A stretch of 64,000 nucleotides of DNA from an uncultured Aminicenantes bacterium. GTDB lineage: Bacteria > Acidobacteriota > Aminicenantia > UBA2199. Of this stretch, positions 40,682 through 50,659 are shown piece by piece (the stretch's first letter is position 1; each line of letters opens with the position of its first letter). Below the pieces are notes generated by a model that saw only the letters and a list, made by a program, of their open reading frames with translations, was not told the origin of the DNA and searched no databases. Location: contig CBDAFS010000031.1 of NCBI GenBank assembly GCA_965195285.1, positions 32,001-96,000 of the forward strand, given 5' to 3'. A program made the translations under genes and the position numbers.

Positions 40682-42049
40682 ATGAGAGTTATTAGGAAAG
40701 TTTTGAGGGGAGATGATTTATTTTTATCATTTCTTTTAAAACTTATTTTTATATTTTTTTTTACGGTTATTTTGGTTTCCGACTTTTCAGGAAATTCTCC
40801 TTCAATTATGAAATCCAAATCATTCGGGGATAAGCCATTTATTCTCACCGAGATGTTGTCTATGGTTGAGGTTCATTTGCAGGTGAAAAGATCAATTGTT
40901 AAAGTCGAAAAAGCGGTTCAAAAGGGCGATACCATTATCAAAATATTGGAACGGGAGGGGATCGAGTATGGTGAGGCCTTCAGATTTTTTTTGGATGTCA
41001 AAGATATATATGACCTGAAAAAAATCCGCCAAGGCCAAAAGTATTCACTGGTCTTCCAGGAAGGGCAACTGAAAACTTTTTTATATGAAATTGATTCCCA
41101 TCGATATGTAAAGGTGATCAGTGATAAGAACCGGAAGTTCATCGGCTGTATCGAACGGATTTCCTACCGGATAGAAAGAAAAATAATCCGGGGTATTATC
41201 GAAAATTCGCTTTATCTGAGCATTTTAAAACAGGGAGAGAGGGCCGACCTGGCAGATTTACTGGCTTCCCTGTTTGAATATGACATTGATTTTAACCGGG
41301 ATATCCGTCAGGGAGATACGTTCACCGTTCTGGTTGAGAAGCGGTACCAGGGAAGCGAGTTTAACCATTATGGTCCCATCCTGGCCGCCCGGTTTTCCAA
41401 CCGAGATAGAATAATTCATGTTCTGCGTTACACCGATCCGCAGGGGAAAACCGCCTATTACCATCCGGATGGACGGGCAGTACAAAAAATGTTTTTGAGA
41501 TGTCCCCTTCCCTTTATGCGGGTGACTTCAAGATATGGGATCAGGCGACATCCGGTATTAGGATTTTCCGCCCGACACAACGGGGTTGACCTGGCTGCAC
41601 CGCCGGGCACCTTGATACGGTCCACTTCCAGCGGAGTTGTTTTAAAAACCGGGTATGACCGAATAAAGGGTCGTTATGTTATCATTCGCCATCCCAACCG
41701 CTATGCGACTCATTATTATCATTTGAACCGCATCAAAACCGGGATCAGACACGGAGTTTCAGTAATCCAGGGTCAAATCATTGGCTATGTGGGAAGAACC
41801 GGACGGGTAACCGGCTGGCACCTCCATTACGGGATTCGTAAGAATGGCCGGTTTATAAACCCGCTCAATTTGAAATCCCCCAGTAAGAATCCGGTCAAAG
41901 AAACATTCAGGCAGAGTTTCGAGCAATACGCCGCCGCCATGGTGTTTCTCTTATCCGGGAGCCGGATCCTGGATATTCCGGCCCGGCTTCAGGAGGTTTT
42001 GCTGGGACCCACAGAAAATAATACGGTTCAGCCAACCGTTCCTTATTAA
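40682..42049 (+). CDS. M23 family peptidoglycan endopeptidase (MepM-like); start uncertain
   Basis: HNGVDLAAP, HYYHL, TGWHLHY; the listed TTG start at 40595 falls inside a REP. Confidence 0.88.
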   Translation: MRVIRKVLRGDDLFLSFLLKLIFIFFFTVILVSDFSGNSPSIMKSKSFGDKPFILTEMLSMVEVHLQVKRSIVKVEKAVQKGDTIIKILEREGIEYGEAFRFFLDVKDIYDLKKIRQGQKYSLVFQEGQLKTFLYEIDSHRYVKVISDKNRKFIGCIERISYRIERKIIRGIIENSLYLSILKQGERADLADLLASLFEYDIDFNRDIRQGDTFTVLVEKRYQGSEFNHYGPILAARFSNRDRIIHVLRYTDPQGKTAYYHPDGRAVQKMFLRCPLPFMRVTSRYGIRRHPVLGFSARHNGVDLAAPPGTLIRSTSSGVVLKTGYDRIKGRYVIIRHPNRYATHYYHLNRIKTGIRHGVSVIQGQIIGYVGRTGRVTGWHLHYGIRKNGRFINPLNLKSPSKNPVKETFRQSFEQYAAAMVFLLSGSRILDIPARLQEVLLGPTENNTVQPTVPY

Positions 42050-42110
42050 AGTAATTCAAATTTTCAGAACCGAGCTCGAAGTGCGTGATGACCCCTTTTA
42101 GATTATTAGA

Positions 42111-42153
42111 TTGAATTTTATAAATAATGATATTATAATTATTATATAATTAT
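42111..42153 (+). promoter_or_regulatory. brnTA promoter with putative autoregulatory palindrome
   Basis: TTGAAT-17bp-TATAAT (42134-42139); ATAATTA-N5-TAATTAT at 42135-42153. Confidence 0.55.
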
Positions 42154-42448
42154 GAAAAAGTCTATCCGGTTCTTATGGGACAAGAGGAAAAATGCCTCAA
42201 ATAAGAAGAAGCACGGAATTTCTTTTGAAGAGGCAGAAACGGTGTTCTATGATGAGAATGCGAGGCTTATCCATGATCCGGATCATTCTGATGATGAGGA
42301 CAGATTTATTTTGTTAGGTATAAGCTTTAAATTAAATATACTGGTTGTTGTTCATTGCTATAAAAGGGATGATGAGATTATAAGGATCATATCAGCAAGA
42401 AGGGCGACCAAAAATGAAAGTAAACAATACGGGGAGTATTTAAAATGA
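42152..42448 (+). CDS. brnT: BrnT family toxin
   Basis: FLWD..KN..N..KHGISFEEA, EDRFILLG, IRIISARRA. Confidence 0.92.
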   Translation: MKKSIRFLWDKRKNASNKKKHGISFEEAETVFYDENARLIHDPDHSDDEDRFILLGISFKLNILVVVHCYKRDDEIIRIISARRATKNESKQYGEYLK

Positions 42449-42660
42449 AAAAAGAATACGATTTTTCAAAATCCAGAAGAAACCCTTATTCAAAGAACCT
42501 GAAAAAACAGATAACAATAAAAATAGAAACAGAAACAATCGAATATTTTAAAAAAATGGCGGCTGAGACCGGAATACCCTATCAGAATCTCATAAATCTT
42601 TATTTAAGGGACTGCACAAAAAATAAAAGAAAATTTGAGCTGACCTGGAACGCATCTTAG
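42445..42660 (+). CDS. brnA: BrnA family antitoxin
   Basis: MKKEYDFS, KKQITI, GIPYQNLINLYL; ATGA overlap with brnT. Confidence 0.9.
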   Translation: MKKEYDFSKSRRNPYSKNLKKQITIKIETETIEYFKKMAAETGIPYQNLINLYLRDCTKNKRKFELTWNAS

Positions 42661-42697
42661 AAGAAAATGAAGAATGGGAACTTTTTAGAGAGGAGAT

Positions 42698-44116
42698 ATG
42701 ATAAGAATATTTAAAGCATTTGTGTTAATGTTCTGTTTAGTAATTCTAATTGTTTCATACGTACTATCTCAGGAAGAACCAATTATAACAGAAAAGGTTT
42801 TAGTAAAATGGTGGGTAATACCTTTTTTTGCAGTGGATAAGACTGGAAAGCCTATTATGGATTTGGATAAAGATGATATAGATTTAACTTTTGATAAACA
42901 TAAGATTAAAAAATTTATTGTTTATAAAAAACAATTTTATTTTACTGAAACAACAATTGAAAAAACACAAATAAAGCCACAGAGGAGATATGTTTTTTTA
43001 CTTTTTGATACCGCTTTATCAACAATTTCAACAGTAAACCGCTCGAAAGTGATTGCAAAAAGAATTGTGAATGAATCAGATGAAAATAATTACTTTATCC
43101 TAATGAGTCTAGAACCTTTTAGAGGATTAACTTATTTTGAAGGTCCTACAAATAACAAAGATTTGATCTTAAAATCGATTAAAAAGAAGATAAGCAGTAA
43201 ATATAATGAGTTTTCAATATCTAGAAATTTGAATCCTAAAACCGTTACTGATTCGAGTTTGAGAGAATGGAAAGCCAACCAGGTAATAGATAATGTTAGA
43301 GAATCAGGATTTTTTAATTCTTTAAGAACACTGCACTATGCATTAAAAACTATTGATGATAATAAGTTTGTTTATATGTTTGCTGAAGGTTTAAGAAATA
43401 TTAAAGCATTCGGGCGTGGAACAATCTCACACTATATGTTTTTATTAAAAAATGTAGCAAAACTAATAAATCAGAGTGGGGCAGTTCTTTTTATAATAAA
43501 TCCTTCAGGTGCATTTGAGTCTATGGCGAAATCAAGTTCTGGTGAGTTTTCAATGAGATATTTGGCTGAAATAAGTGGTGGGAAATATATTGAAGGCAAG
43601 AAGGAGATTGTTACCCAAAGAATAAACAGCATAAATAGAGCATATTATGAGATTGCTTTTTCAGATTCACCTGATTTTAAAGGGGATGTCCATAAAATTT
43701 CAATTAAAGCAAATAGAAAAGGGATTGAAATTTACTCAGTGAGGGCTTTATCAAGAGGAAAAGATTATAAGGATATGGATGAAATTGAAAGAGAAATATT
43801 GATTTTAAATGTTGTAGAAAAAGGATATTTGGCAAAATCAAAACTAAAGTTAGGCAAATTATATTTAGTTGAGAAAAAATCAAATAAAAACCAAATTGCT
43901 TATAAATTTAGATTACCTGATAATTATTTAAAAAATGAGATTGATTTATATAAAGTGTGGATAAATAGAGATAAGAAAGATGCAAAAATAGAGGTTGTGT
44001 GTTTAATTCCTGCAAAAAAAGAAATTTTTGTGAATGTAAAGAAGAAGAAAGGGTATAAAGAAAATATTGTTGTTGTTAATAAAAGCCAGAATTCAGCCCT
44101 TTTAAAAAAATTGTAA
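42698..44116 (+). CDS. Secreted VWA-related domain protein (diverged, AT-rich gene)
   Basis: Signal peptide; AVDKTGKPIMDL..D, LLFD strand, YLAEISGG, YYEIAF pattern of the VWFA-related acidobacterial-type domain. Confidence 0.7.
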   Translation: MIRIFKAFVLMFCLVILIVSYVLSQEEPIITEKVLVKWWVIPFFAVDKTGKPIMDLDKDDIDLTFDKHKIKKFIVYKKQFYFTETTIEKTQIKPQRRYVFLLFDTALSTISTVNRSKVIAKRIVNESDENNYFILMSLEPFRGLTYFEGPTNNKDLILKSIKKKISSKYNEFSISRNLNPKTVTDSSLREWKANQVIDNVRESGFFNSLRTLHYALKTIDDNKFVYMFAEGLRNIKAFGRGTISHYMFLLKNVAKLINQSGAVLFIINPSGAFESMAKSSSGEFSMRYLAEISGGKYIEGKKEIVTQRINSINRAYYEIAFSDSPDFKGDVHKISIKANRKGIEIYSVRALSRGKDYKDMDEIEREILILNVVEKGYLAKSKLKLGKLYLVEKKSNKNQIAYKFRLPDNYLKNEIDLYKVWINRDKKDAKIEVVCLIPAKKEIFVNVKKKKGYKENIVVVNKSQNSALLKKL

Positions 44117-44265
44117 AAGATCTTCCTTTCCAACATAATAGTGGCTTCTATAACCTCTATTCATAAAGATAATTAAAAATTTAAATTTGGTAATCTATCA
44201 GACTTCTAAAAAATATCCACCATCTTATATCTTAAATCCCTCATGTTATAAAAAATACTATAAGT

Positions 44266-45465
44266 TTAGTTTTCAATTAATTCTATTATTTTTTGTTCAA
44301 ATTTATTGAAATTGTCTGCACCGAGTTTAAAATCCACGATGGTACCTTTGGGATTGATTACAAATAAGGTCGGGAAACCCAGGACTCCGAAATCATTCAG
44401 TGTTTTTGAGTCCTCTACCAGGGCGATGGGAAAGGTGGCCTTATGTCGGTTCAAAAGTTTTTTGATCAGCTCGATTTCATCTGACCGGGAAACGGAAATT
44501 TTATGGTGAATGTCATCACTGTAACGGCCGGTTAAGCGGGTGATGCCGATAAGCAAGAATTCAGGGTGTTGATGTTGCTGAAATAATTTTTGCAGTTTCG
44601 GAAACAGCTCCCGGCAGGGAAAACATCCGGGAGACCAGAAATAGATGAGTGTCACCTTGCCCTGCATTTTCTGTTTGCTTAACGGTTCTGAGTTCAACCA
44701 GGTTGTGAATTTCATTTCCGATAGAGGGATATTGATCTGTTTCAGGGCTTCCAGATAACAGCGTATGGTTCGTTCAGCTACACGGTTTAATGGTTGTTTC
44801 AGGGCTTTTCCCAGGAATGCAATGGCCTTTCCGGGACCGGATCTATCTTTTTCAATTTCGGCAAGATTGGTATAGATTCGACCGGCCTGGGGTCCAAGTG
44901 AAATTTCTTTCCTGGCTGCTTTCAAAAATTTGTTCGAATACAGCCATCTGTCTTCCCTTTTTTTTGAATGAAGGGACAATTGATAGATAATTTGATAATA
45001 GGCCTTATTCGGGATGGTCTTATTCTCGATCGATTGAAAAACAGATAATGCCTCACTGACATTTTTCTTTGCCAATTGAACCCTGACCTTTTCCAACTTG
45101 ACCTCTGGTGATAGGGGCGACTTTTTCTGGATCAAGGTGTCATAGATGACCAGTGATTGATCGTGTTGGCCCAAATCGAACCATATTTTGCCCCGGATTA
45201 ATTCATTTTGATTACTGGGGGTAACCTCTTTCAATCTTTTTAATAAATTTCTCAGTTTTGTTTCACGGGTTTGATTTAACTGTTCATGTTCCCGATCGGA
45301 TCGGACCTGGTTTAATCGGGAATAGTATGATTTATTGATTGAATGGTATTCCTGGGCAGGGGAGCGGGAGGACTGATTTTGTGAGCATTGACTGAGGCTA
45401 AGCAGAAGACAAATATACAGGCCGCATATACGGATCCTTGATTCCGTACGGGGTTCTTTTTTCAT
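44266..45465 (-). CDS. TlpA-family thioredoxin with N-terminal helical (TPR-like) region, exported
   Basis: GKVTLIYFWSPGCFPC, GFPTLFVINPKG. Confidence 0.85.
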   Translation of the reverse strand: MKKEPRTESRIRICGLYICLLLSLSQCSQNQSSRSPAQEYHSINKSYYSRLNQVRSDREHEQLNQTRETKLRNLLKRLKEVTPSNQNELIRGKIWFDLGQHDQSLVIYDTLIQKKSPLSPEVKLEKVRVQLAKKNVSEALSVFQSIENKTIPNKAYYQIIYQLSLHSKKREDRWLYSNKFLKAARKEISLGPQAGRIYTNLAEIEKDRSGPGKAIAFLGKALKQPLNRVAERTIRCYLEALKQINIPLSEMKFTTWLNSEPLSKQKMQGKVTLIYFWSPGCFPCRELFPKLQKLFQQHQHPEFLLIGITRLTGRYSDDIHHKISVSRSDEIELIKKLLNRHKATFPIALVEDSKTLNDFGVLGFPTLFVINPKGTIVDFKLGADNFNKFEQKIIELIEN

Positions 45466-45628
45466 ATTTATTATTGAATATTATAGCATTAAAAAATATA
45501 ATTTATTCTGGGTTTTTCAAAAAATAGTTTGAAAATTGAAACCATATTGATATCATAATAGTCAACAATATGGAGAAAAGGGGGAAATTATTTTATTTGT
45601 CCGACAAACGGTTTTTAAGGAGGCAACC

Positions 45629-46756
45629 ATGAAAAAGGGAAAAACATTTTTTATTTTAATTGTGGTGCTGGTGATATTTTTGGGCTTGCTACCGGCCAGA
45701 GAGAAAAGTCGTCAATCTGTTATTCAGATGGTGATTCTGCTGGATACCAGCGGAAGTATGGAGGGGTTGATTGAACAGGCCAAGACCCAGTTGTGGAAGA
45801 TTGTCAATGAAATGGCCCTGGCCAAAAAGAATGGGAAAGTTCCCAGGCTCCTGGTTGGCCTTTATGAATATGGCAAAAGCACTATCCCGGCCAGCGAAGG
45901 ATATCTTCGGATGCTTGTTCCCTTGAGTGAAGATCTGGATCGGATATCCGAAGAACTTTTCAAACTTAAGACCAATGGCGGCCAGGAGTACTGCGGAAAA
46001 GTGATTCGGGCAGCGACCCGGGGATTGCAGTGGAGTCAGAACAACAGTGATTACAAAGTGGTTTTTATTGCCGGGAACGAACCCTTTACCCAGGGTGATG
46101 TGGATTACAAAACAGCCTGCCGGTCAGCCATAAAAAAAGGCATTGTGGTGAATACCATTTTTTGTGGTAATTATGAACAGGGAATCAGAACATCCTGGAA
46201 AGACGGAGCCGATCTGGCGGATGGGAAATATATGAATATTGATCACAATCAAAAGATCGTTCATATTTCGGCACCCCAGGACAAAGCGATTGTCGAGCTG
46301 GGCCAGGAACTCAATCAGACCTATATAGCCTATGGAAAAGCCGGGAAGGGGAAAAAGGAACGGCAGAAACGGCAGGATAAAAATGCCCTGTCTGTGAATG
46401 AGGAAGTGATGGTACAGCGGTCCGTGGCCAAATCTTCTCCCCAGTATTCCAATGCCACCTGGGATATGGTGGATGCGGTAAAAGAGGGTAAGGTTAAGAT
46501 CGAAGATATAAAAGAAGAGGATTTGCCTGAAGAGCTGAAAAAAATGAACAAGCGAGAGCGAGTGAAATATGTGAATAAACTGAAAAAAAAGCGGGAGGAT
46601 ATTCAGACGAAAATCAATCAGTTGAACCGGGAGAGAGAAAAGTATGTGACCCAGAAACGCAAAGAAATTTCCGATGAATTGACGCTTGATGAAGTGCTGG
46701 TCAAGACCATCAAGGAGCAGGCCTCGAAAAAAAATTATAAATTCGAAAAGAAATAA
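45629..46756 (+). CDS. Secreted VWA domain protein
   Basis: LLDTSGSM MIDAS motif, IAGNEPF; signal peptide; AAGGAGG RBS. Confidence 0.87.
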   Translation: MKKGKTFFILIVVLVIFLGLLPAREKSRQSVIQMVILLDTSGSMEGLIEQAKTQLWKIVNEMALAKKNGKVPRLLVGLYEYGKSTIPASEGYLRMLVPLSEDLDRISEELFKLKTNGGQEYCGKVIRAATRGLQWSQNNSDYKVVFIAGNEPFTQGDVDYKTACRSAIKKGIVVNTIFCGNYEQGIRTSWKDGADLADGKYMNIDHNQKIVHISAPQDKAIVELGQELNQTYIAYGKAGKGKKERQKRQDKNALSVNEEVMVQRSVAKSSPQYSNATWDMVDAVKEGKVKIEDIKEEDLPEELKKMNKRERVKYVNKLKKKREDIQTKINQLNREREKYVTQKRKEISDELTLDEVLVKTIKEQASKKNYKFEKK

Positions 46757-46778
46757 GTTTTTAATATAGGAGGGTACA

Positions 46779-49019
46779 ATGTTTCAGGAAAAGATTATAA
46801 AGACGGCCTTGTTTTTGGTGATGATCATTGGCTTAACAGCCGGAGTTTTTGCAGATGGTTTCATTGTGGTTCCTCATCCTCCCCATCCGTTTACCCCGTT
46901 TCCCCTGGAGGTTCAGTATCATCACGTGGATGTAATCATCAAAGATCAAATTGCCACCACCTCCATCGATCAGGTGTTTTACAATCCCACCCGCAGAAGG
47001 CTGGAGGGGTATTACCTGTTCCCGATTCCCAAACAGGCAGTGATTAAAAAATTCAGCATGTTTGTGAATGGCAAAGAAGTGGAAGCCGAACTCCTGGATG
47101 CCGGGAAAGCCAGGCGAATTTATGAGGATATTGTCAGAAAGCAGCGGGATCCCGCTTTGCTGGAATACAGCGGGACCGGTGTTTTTAAAGTCCGGATATT
47201 TCCCATAGAGCCCCATTCAAAAAAAAGGGTAAAAATTTCTTATCATGAGTTCTTAAAAAAAGATAATAATACCATTGAGTATCTTTATCCACTTAATACG
47301 GAAAAGTTTTCAGCTAAACCATTGAAGAATGTCAGTATAAAAGTTGATCTTAATTCAAAAGGGGAATTAAAAAATATCTATTGTCCGACCCATAATGCAG
47401 AGATCATCCGTAAAGGCAAGAACAGAGCAATTATTGGCTATGAAGAAAGAAATATCAGACCTGATATTGATTTTAAACTTTATTACACCACAGACAATAC
47501 TAAAGTTGGATTTTCCCTTCTATCTTATAAAAAGAAGGTGGAGAATGGTTATTTCTTTTTGAGTTTAAGTCCCACTTTTAAATTCAGGAAAAATGAAGTT
47601 GTTGAGAAAAATATCACCTTTGTTCTTGATGTTTCTGGAAGTATGGTAGGGGAGAAGCTAAAACAGGCTAAGAAAGCATTGTTGTTCTGTATTGAAAATC
47701 TAAACCGGGGAGATCGATTTGAAATTATTCGGTTCTCAACTGAAGCAGAGGCTCTGTTCGGGAATCTATCCATTGTAAATGAGAACAATCGGGATAAAGC
47801 CAGAGATTTTTTAGAAGAATTGAGAGCCATCGGTGGAACAAATATTGATGAAGCCCTGAGTATGGCATTAAAGCAAAAAACAAAAAGAGGACGACCTTAT
47901 ATAATAATATTTTTAACTGACGGGAAGCCAACCATTGGCGAAACCAATGAAACAACCCTGGTAAAAAAAATAAAACAAAACAATATATCGAACACCAGAA
48001 TATTTACCTTTGGCATAGGAAATGAAATAAACACCCATTTGTTGGATAAAATAACCGAAATGACTAAAGCTTACCGTACCTATATTTCACCTCAGGAGGA
48101 TATCGAAGTCAAAGTGTCCAATTTTTACACCAAAATCCAGTCTCCCGTTCTAACTGATATAAAGATAAAATTTGGTGAGAATATAAAAGTTTCTAAAATT
48201 TATCCTCTTGAATTACCTGATCTTTTTAAAGGATCTACCTTGTCAATTTTTGGGCGTTATAAAGGAAGTGGAAGAACCAAAATTATCCTTGAGGGGAAAG
48301 TAAGAAATAGGGTAGAAAGATTTGAATATGATGTGACTACGGGTTTTAAATCCATTTCTTCACCTGATAGAGAAAAAAATGACTTTATCGCTCCCTTATG
48401 GGCTGCTAGACGAATTGGGTATTTACTGGATCAGATCAGACTTCATGGGAAGAGCAAAGAATTGATAGATGAAATTACAGAGCTTGCCAGAACTTATGGG
48501 ATTATTACACCCTATACCAGTTATCTGATTGTGGAAGATGAAAAATCCCGTGTGGAACGAAGAGATATTCGATTAGCTGATCAAACCCTGGCTCCTGCTG
48601 CCAGAAGTGACCGGGAGTTCGAAAAAAGAAACCGGGAAGAATTTCATAGTATTAAGAAAAAATCAGGTGAAAAGAGTGTTCAGGTGAGTAAAGAATTCCA
48701 GGAGCTTAATGTGGCTTCCAATTATTCTCAGATGATACAGGGAAAGTCCCGGCTTGGTTATGTTGATAATAAAGGAAATATACAGAATATAACCCAGCAG
48801 GTTAAAAATATTCAGGGTAGAGCCATATACAATAATGGAGACTCCTGGGTGGATTCCAGAATTCAAACTCAAAAGTTCAAAAAAACTATAAGGATTCAAT
48901 TTGCCAGCAGGGAATATTTTGAATTGTTCAGGACCCATCCGGAATCAGCTCAATTCTTAGCCCTGGGCCAGAACGTCCGCTTTATCTTAAAGGACAGTCT
49001 CTACGAAATATATGAATAA
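46779..49019 (+). CDS. Secreted VIT + VWA domain protein (inter-alpha-trypsin inhibitor-like)
   Basis: N-terminal VIT region (RRIYEDIVRKQRDPALLE), LDVSGSM, FLTDGKPT, ITPYTSYLIVE. Confidence 0.9.
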   Translation: MFQEKIIKTALFLVMIIGLTAGVFADGFIVVPHPPHPFTPFPLEVQYHHVDVIIKDQIATTSIDQVFYNPTRRRLEGYYLFPIPKQAVIKKFSMFVNGKEVEAELLDAGKARRIYEDIVRKQRDPALLEYSGTGVFKVRIFPIEPHSKKRVKISYHEFLKKDNNTIEYLYPLNTEKFSAKPLKNVSIKVDLNSKGELKNIYCPTHNAEIIRKGKNRAIIGYEERNIRPDIDFKLYYTTDNTKVGFSLLSYKKKVENGYFFLSLSPTFKFRKNEVVEKNITFVLDVSGSMVGEKLKQAKKALLFCIENLNRGDRFEIIRFSTEAEALFGNLSIVNENNRDKARDFLEELRAIGGTNIDEALSMALKQKTKRGRPYIIIFLTDGKPTIGETNETTLVKKIKQNNISNTRIFTFGIGNEINTHLLDKITEMTKAYRTYISPQEDIEVKVSNFYTKIQSPVLTDIKIKFGENIKVSKIYPLELPDLFKGSTLSIFGRYKGSGRTKIILEGKVRNRVERFEYDVTTGFKSISSPDREKNDFIAPLWAARRIGYLLDQIRLHGKSKELIDEITELARTYGIITPYTSYLIVEDEKSRVERRDIRLADQTLAPAARSDREFEKRNREEFHSIKKKSGEKSVQVSKEFQELNVASNYSQMIQGKSRLGYVDNKGNIQNITQQVKNIQGRAIYNNGDSWVDSRIQTQKFKKTIRIQFASREYFELFRTHPESAQFLALGQNVRFILKDSLYEIYE

Positions 49020-49035
49020 ATGACAAGTGGACAAG

Positions 49036-49086
49036 TGGGGTCAGGTCTTGCATTGCGGCAATGTTATAATGCAAGACCTGACCCCA
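49036..49086. repeat. 51-bp palindromic GGGGTCA-ended mini-element (MITE/REPIN-like)
   Basis: Perfect 19-bp arms TGGGGTCAGGTCTTGCATT / AATGCAAGACCTGACCCCA around a 13-nt spacer. Confidence 0.85.
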
Positions 49087-49199
49087 TGTTTTCTTATTCA
49101 TCCGTTTGCAGTTTTGGAAACCGTATTAATTGATTTGGCAGTATGCATCCGATTTACTATTTATTTATCCAACAAATTAAGTTATTATGAGGAATACAA

Positions 49200-50078
49200 A
49201 TGTTCATGGGATCCGAATTCAAATTAAAAATTAGCCGGAAGATGAATCCTTCCGGCAACCGTTTTCTGTCTCTTTTATTGGTATTCATGTTCTTGTTTTC
49301 CGTTTTCGTTCCCTGTTTTTCCCAGGATTCTCCCCCGGAACCCGTTATATACAGCATGGAGCAGGCCGACGCACTGTTCATCGCCGGGCTTTATGATGAA
49401 GCACTGAAGATGCTGGATAAACTGGAAGAAGAAATTTCTACTCCCGAGCAGCAGGTGCAGCTATATCTGTTGAAAGCCAGGAGCCACCTGGGCCGGGAAG
49501 ATACGGAAAATGGTGAAAATACGGTCCGGGAAATTTTCAAACAGGGCCTGTCCGACCGTATTCAAATGGACAGTCTGGAAGAAAAACTCCGGTTTCTGTT
49601 TGAGAAAGTACGCCCGGAATACTGGTTTGCTTTAAAAAAGGAAAAAATCGATGAGGAAAAATTCGACCGCCTGGTCATCCAGCAGTACCGGAAAAAGCCG
49701 AAAAAAAAGAGATTGCTGCCCAAGCTGATTCTCGGAGCAGTGCTGGTCGGTGCGGTGGTGGCTGCAGTACTGTTCATCACCTCCAATACAAAGGAAGAAG
49801 AGGATAAGGGAAATCTGGGGACATTGAAATTTGAGAACTCAATCCACTGGGACGTTAGCATTGAGGTTTGTAATATTGTCAAAAATGTGCCGGGAACCAA
49901 TAACAATAGCTGGGGCAAACCGCCGGTTAACTTCGCCTATGTGGACTTGCCCCCGGGAACCCATACCCTGACCGTCACCTCGACAAGCACCTATACGGGG
50001 GAAACCACCGTTTTTACCTATTCTATTGAAATCATTACCGGCCAGGAAACCCATTTTGTGTTTTACCCTACATCCTGA
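49200..50078 (+). CDS. Hypothetical exported/membrane protein (start may be 49242)
   Basis: Signal peptide, short helical domain, KKKR plus hydrophobic segment, beta-rich C-terminal domain. Confidence 0.7.
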   Translation: MFMGSEFKLKISRKMNPSGNRFLSLLLVFMFLFSVFVPCFSQDSPPEPVIYSMEQADALFIAGLYDEALKMLDKLEEEISTPEQQVQLYLLKARSHLGREDTENGENTVREIFKQGLSDRIQMDSLEEKLRFLFEKVRPEYWFALKKEKIDEEKFDRLVIQQYRKKPKKKRLLPKLILGAVLVGAVVAAVLFITSNTKEEEDKGNLGTLKFENSIHWDVSIEVCNIVKNVPGTNNNSWGKPPVNFAYVDLPPGTHTLTVTSTSTYTGETTVFTYSIEIITGQETHFVFYPTS

Positions 50079-50144
50079 TTCAGAAAGCCGGGATCCCGGA
50101 ATCCAACCCCCCATGACCCTCGGGGTCTTTAAGGCTAAAGAGGC

Positions 50145-50173
50145 TTGACATATCGGTATTTTTGGGGTATTTT
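50145..50173 (+). promoter_or_regulatory. Probable sigma70 promoter of the ribH operon
   Basis: TTGACA-17bp-TATTTT. Confidence 0.55.
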
Positions 50174-50191
50174 TAACTTTTGGAGAAAAAA

Positions 50192-50659
50192 ATGAAAGAA
50201 TATGAAGGCCAACTGATATCAAAAGGATTCAAATATGCGGTGGTGGTTTCCCGTTTCAATTATTTCATAACCGAAAAACTGCTGGATGGTGCCATAGATG
50301 CCCTGAGCCGCACCGGAGCCACCGATAATGAAATAGAAGTATTCAAAGTTCCCGGTTCGTTTGAAATACCCCTGGTGGTGAAGCGTCTGGCCCAGAAAAA
50401 AAAATTCGATGCCATTATTTGTCTGGGTTCAATTATCCGGGGTGAAACCCCCCATTTTGATTATATTGCCAGTGAAGTTTCCAAAGGTATTGCCATGCTG
50501 AATCTGGAGTATACCATTCCCATTTCCTTTGGCATCATAACTGCCGATAATACCGATCAAGCCATTGAAAGAGCCGGAAACAAAATGGGAAACAAAGGCT
50601 TCCAGGCTGCCCAGTCAGCAGTGGAATTGTTGAATCTTTTTAAAGATGCCAAGATTTAA
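50192..50659 (+). CDS. ribH: 6,7-dimethyl-8-ribityllumazine synthase
   Basis: [34 protein letters not shown]. Confidence 0.96.
   Translation: MKEYEGQLISKGFKYAVVVSRFNYFITEKLLDGAIDALSRTGATDNEIEVFKVPGSFEIPLVVKRLAQKKKFDAIICLGSIIRGETPHFDYIASEVSKGIAMLNLEYTIPISFGIITADNTDQAIERAGNKMGNKGFQAAQSAVELLNLFKDAKI

Noticed and set aside
49027-49227. 66-aa ORF MDKWGQVLHC...QDLTP
   Set aside because: Merely the translation of the palindromic mini-element
50079-50191. Possible FMN riboswitch upstream of ribH
   Set aside because: Only small hairpins; the conserved RFN motifs are absent and a promoter sits just before the RBS
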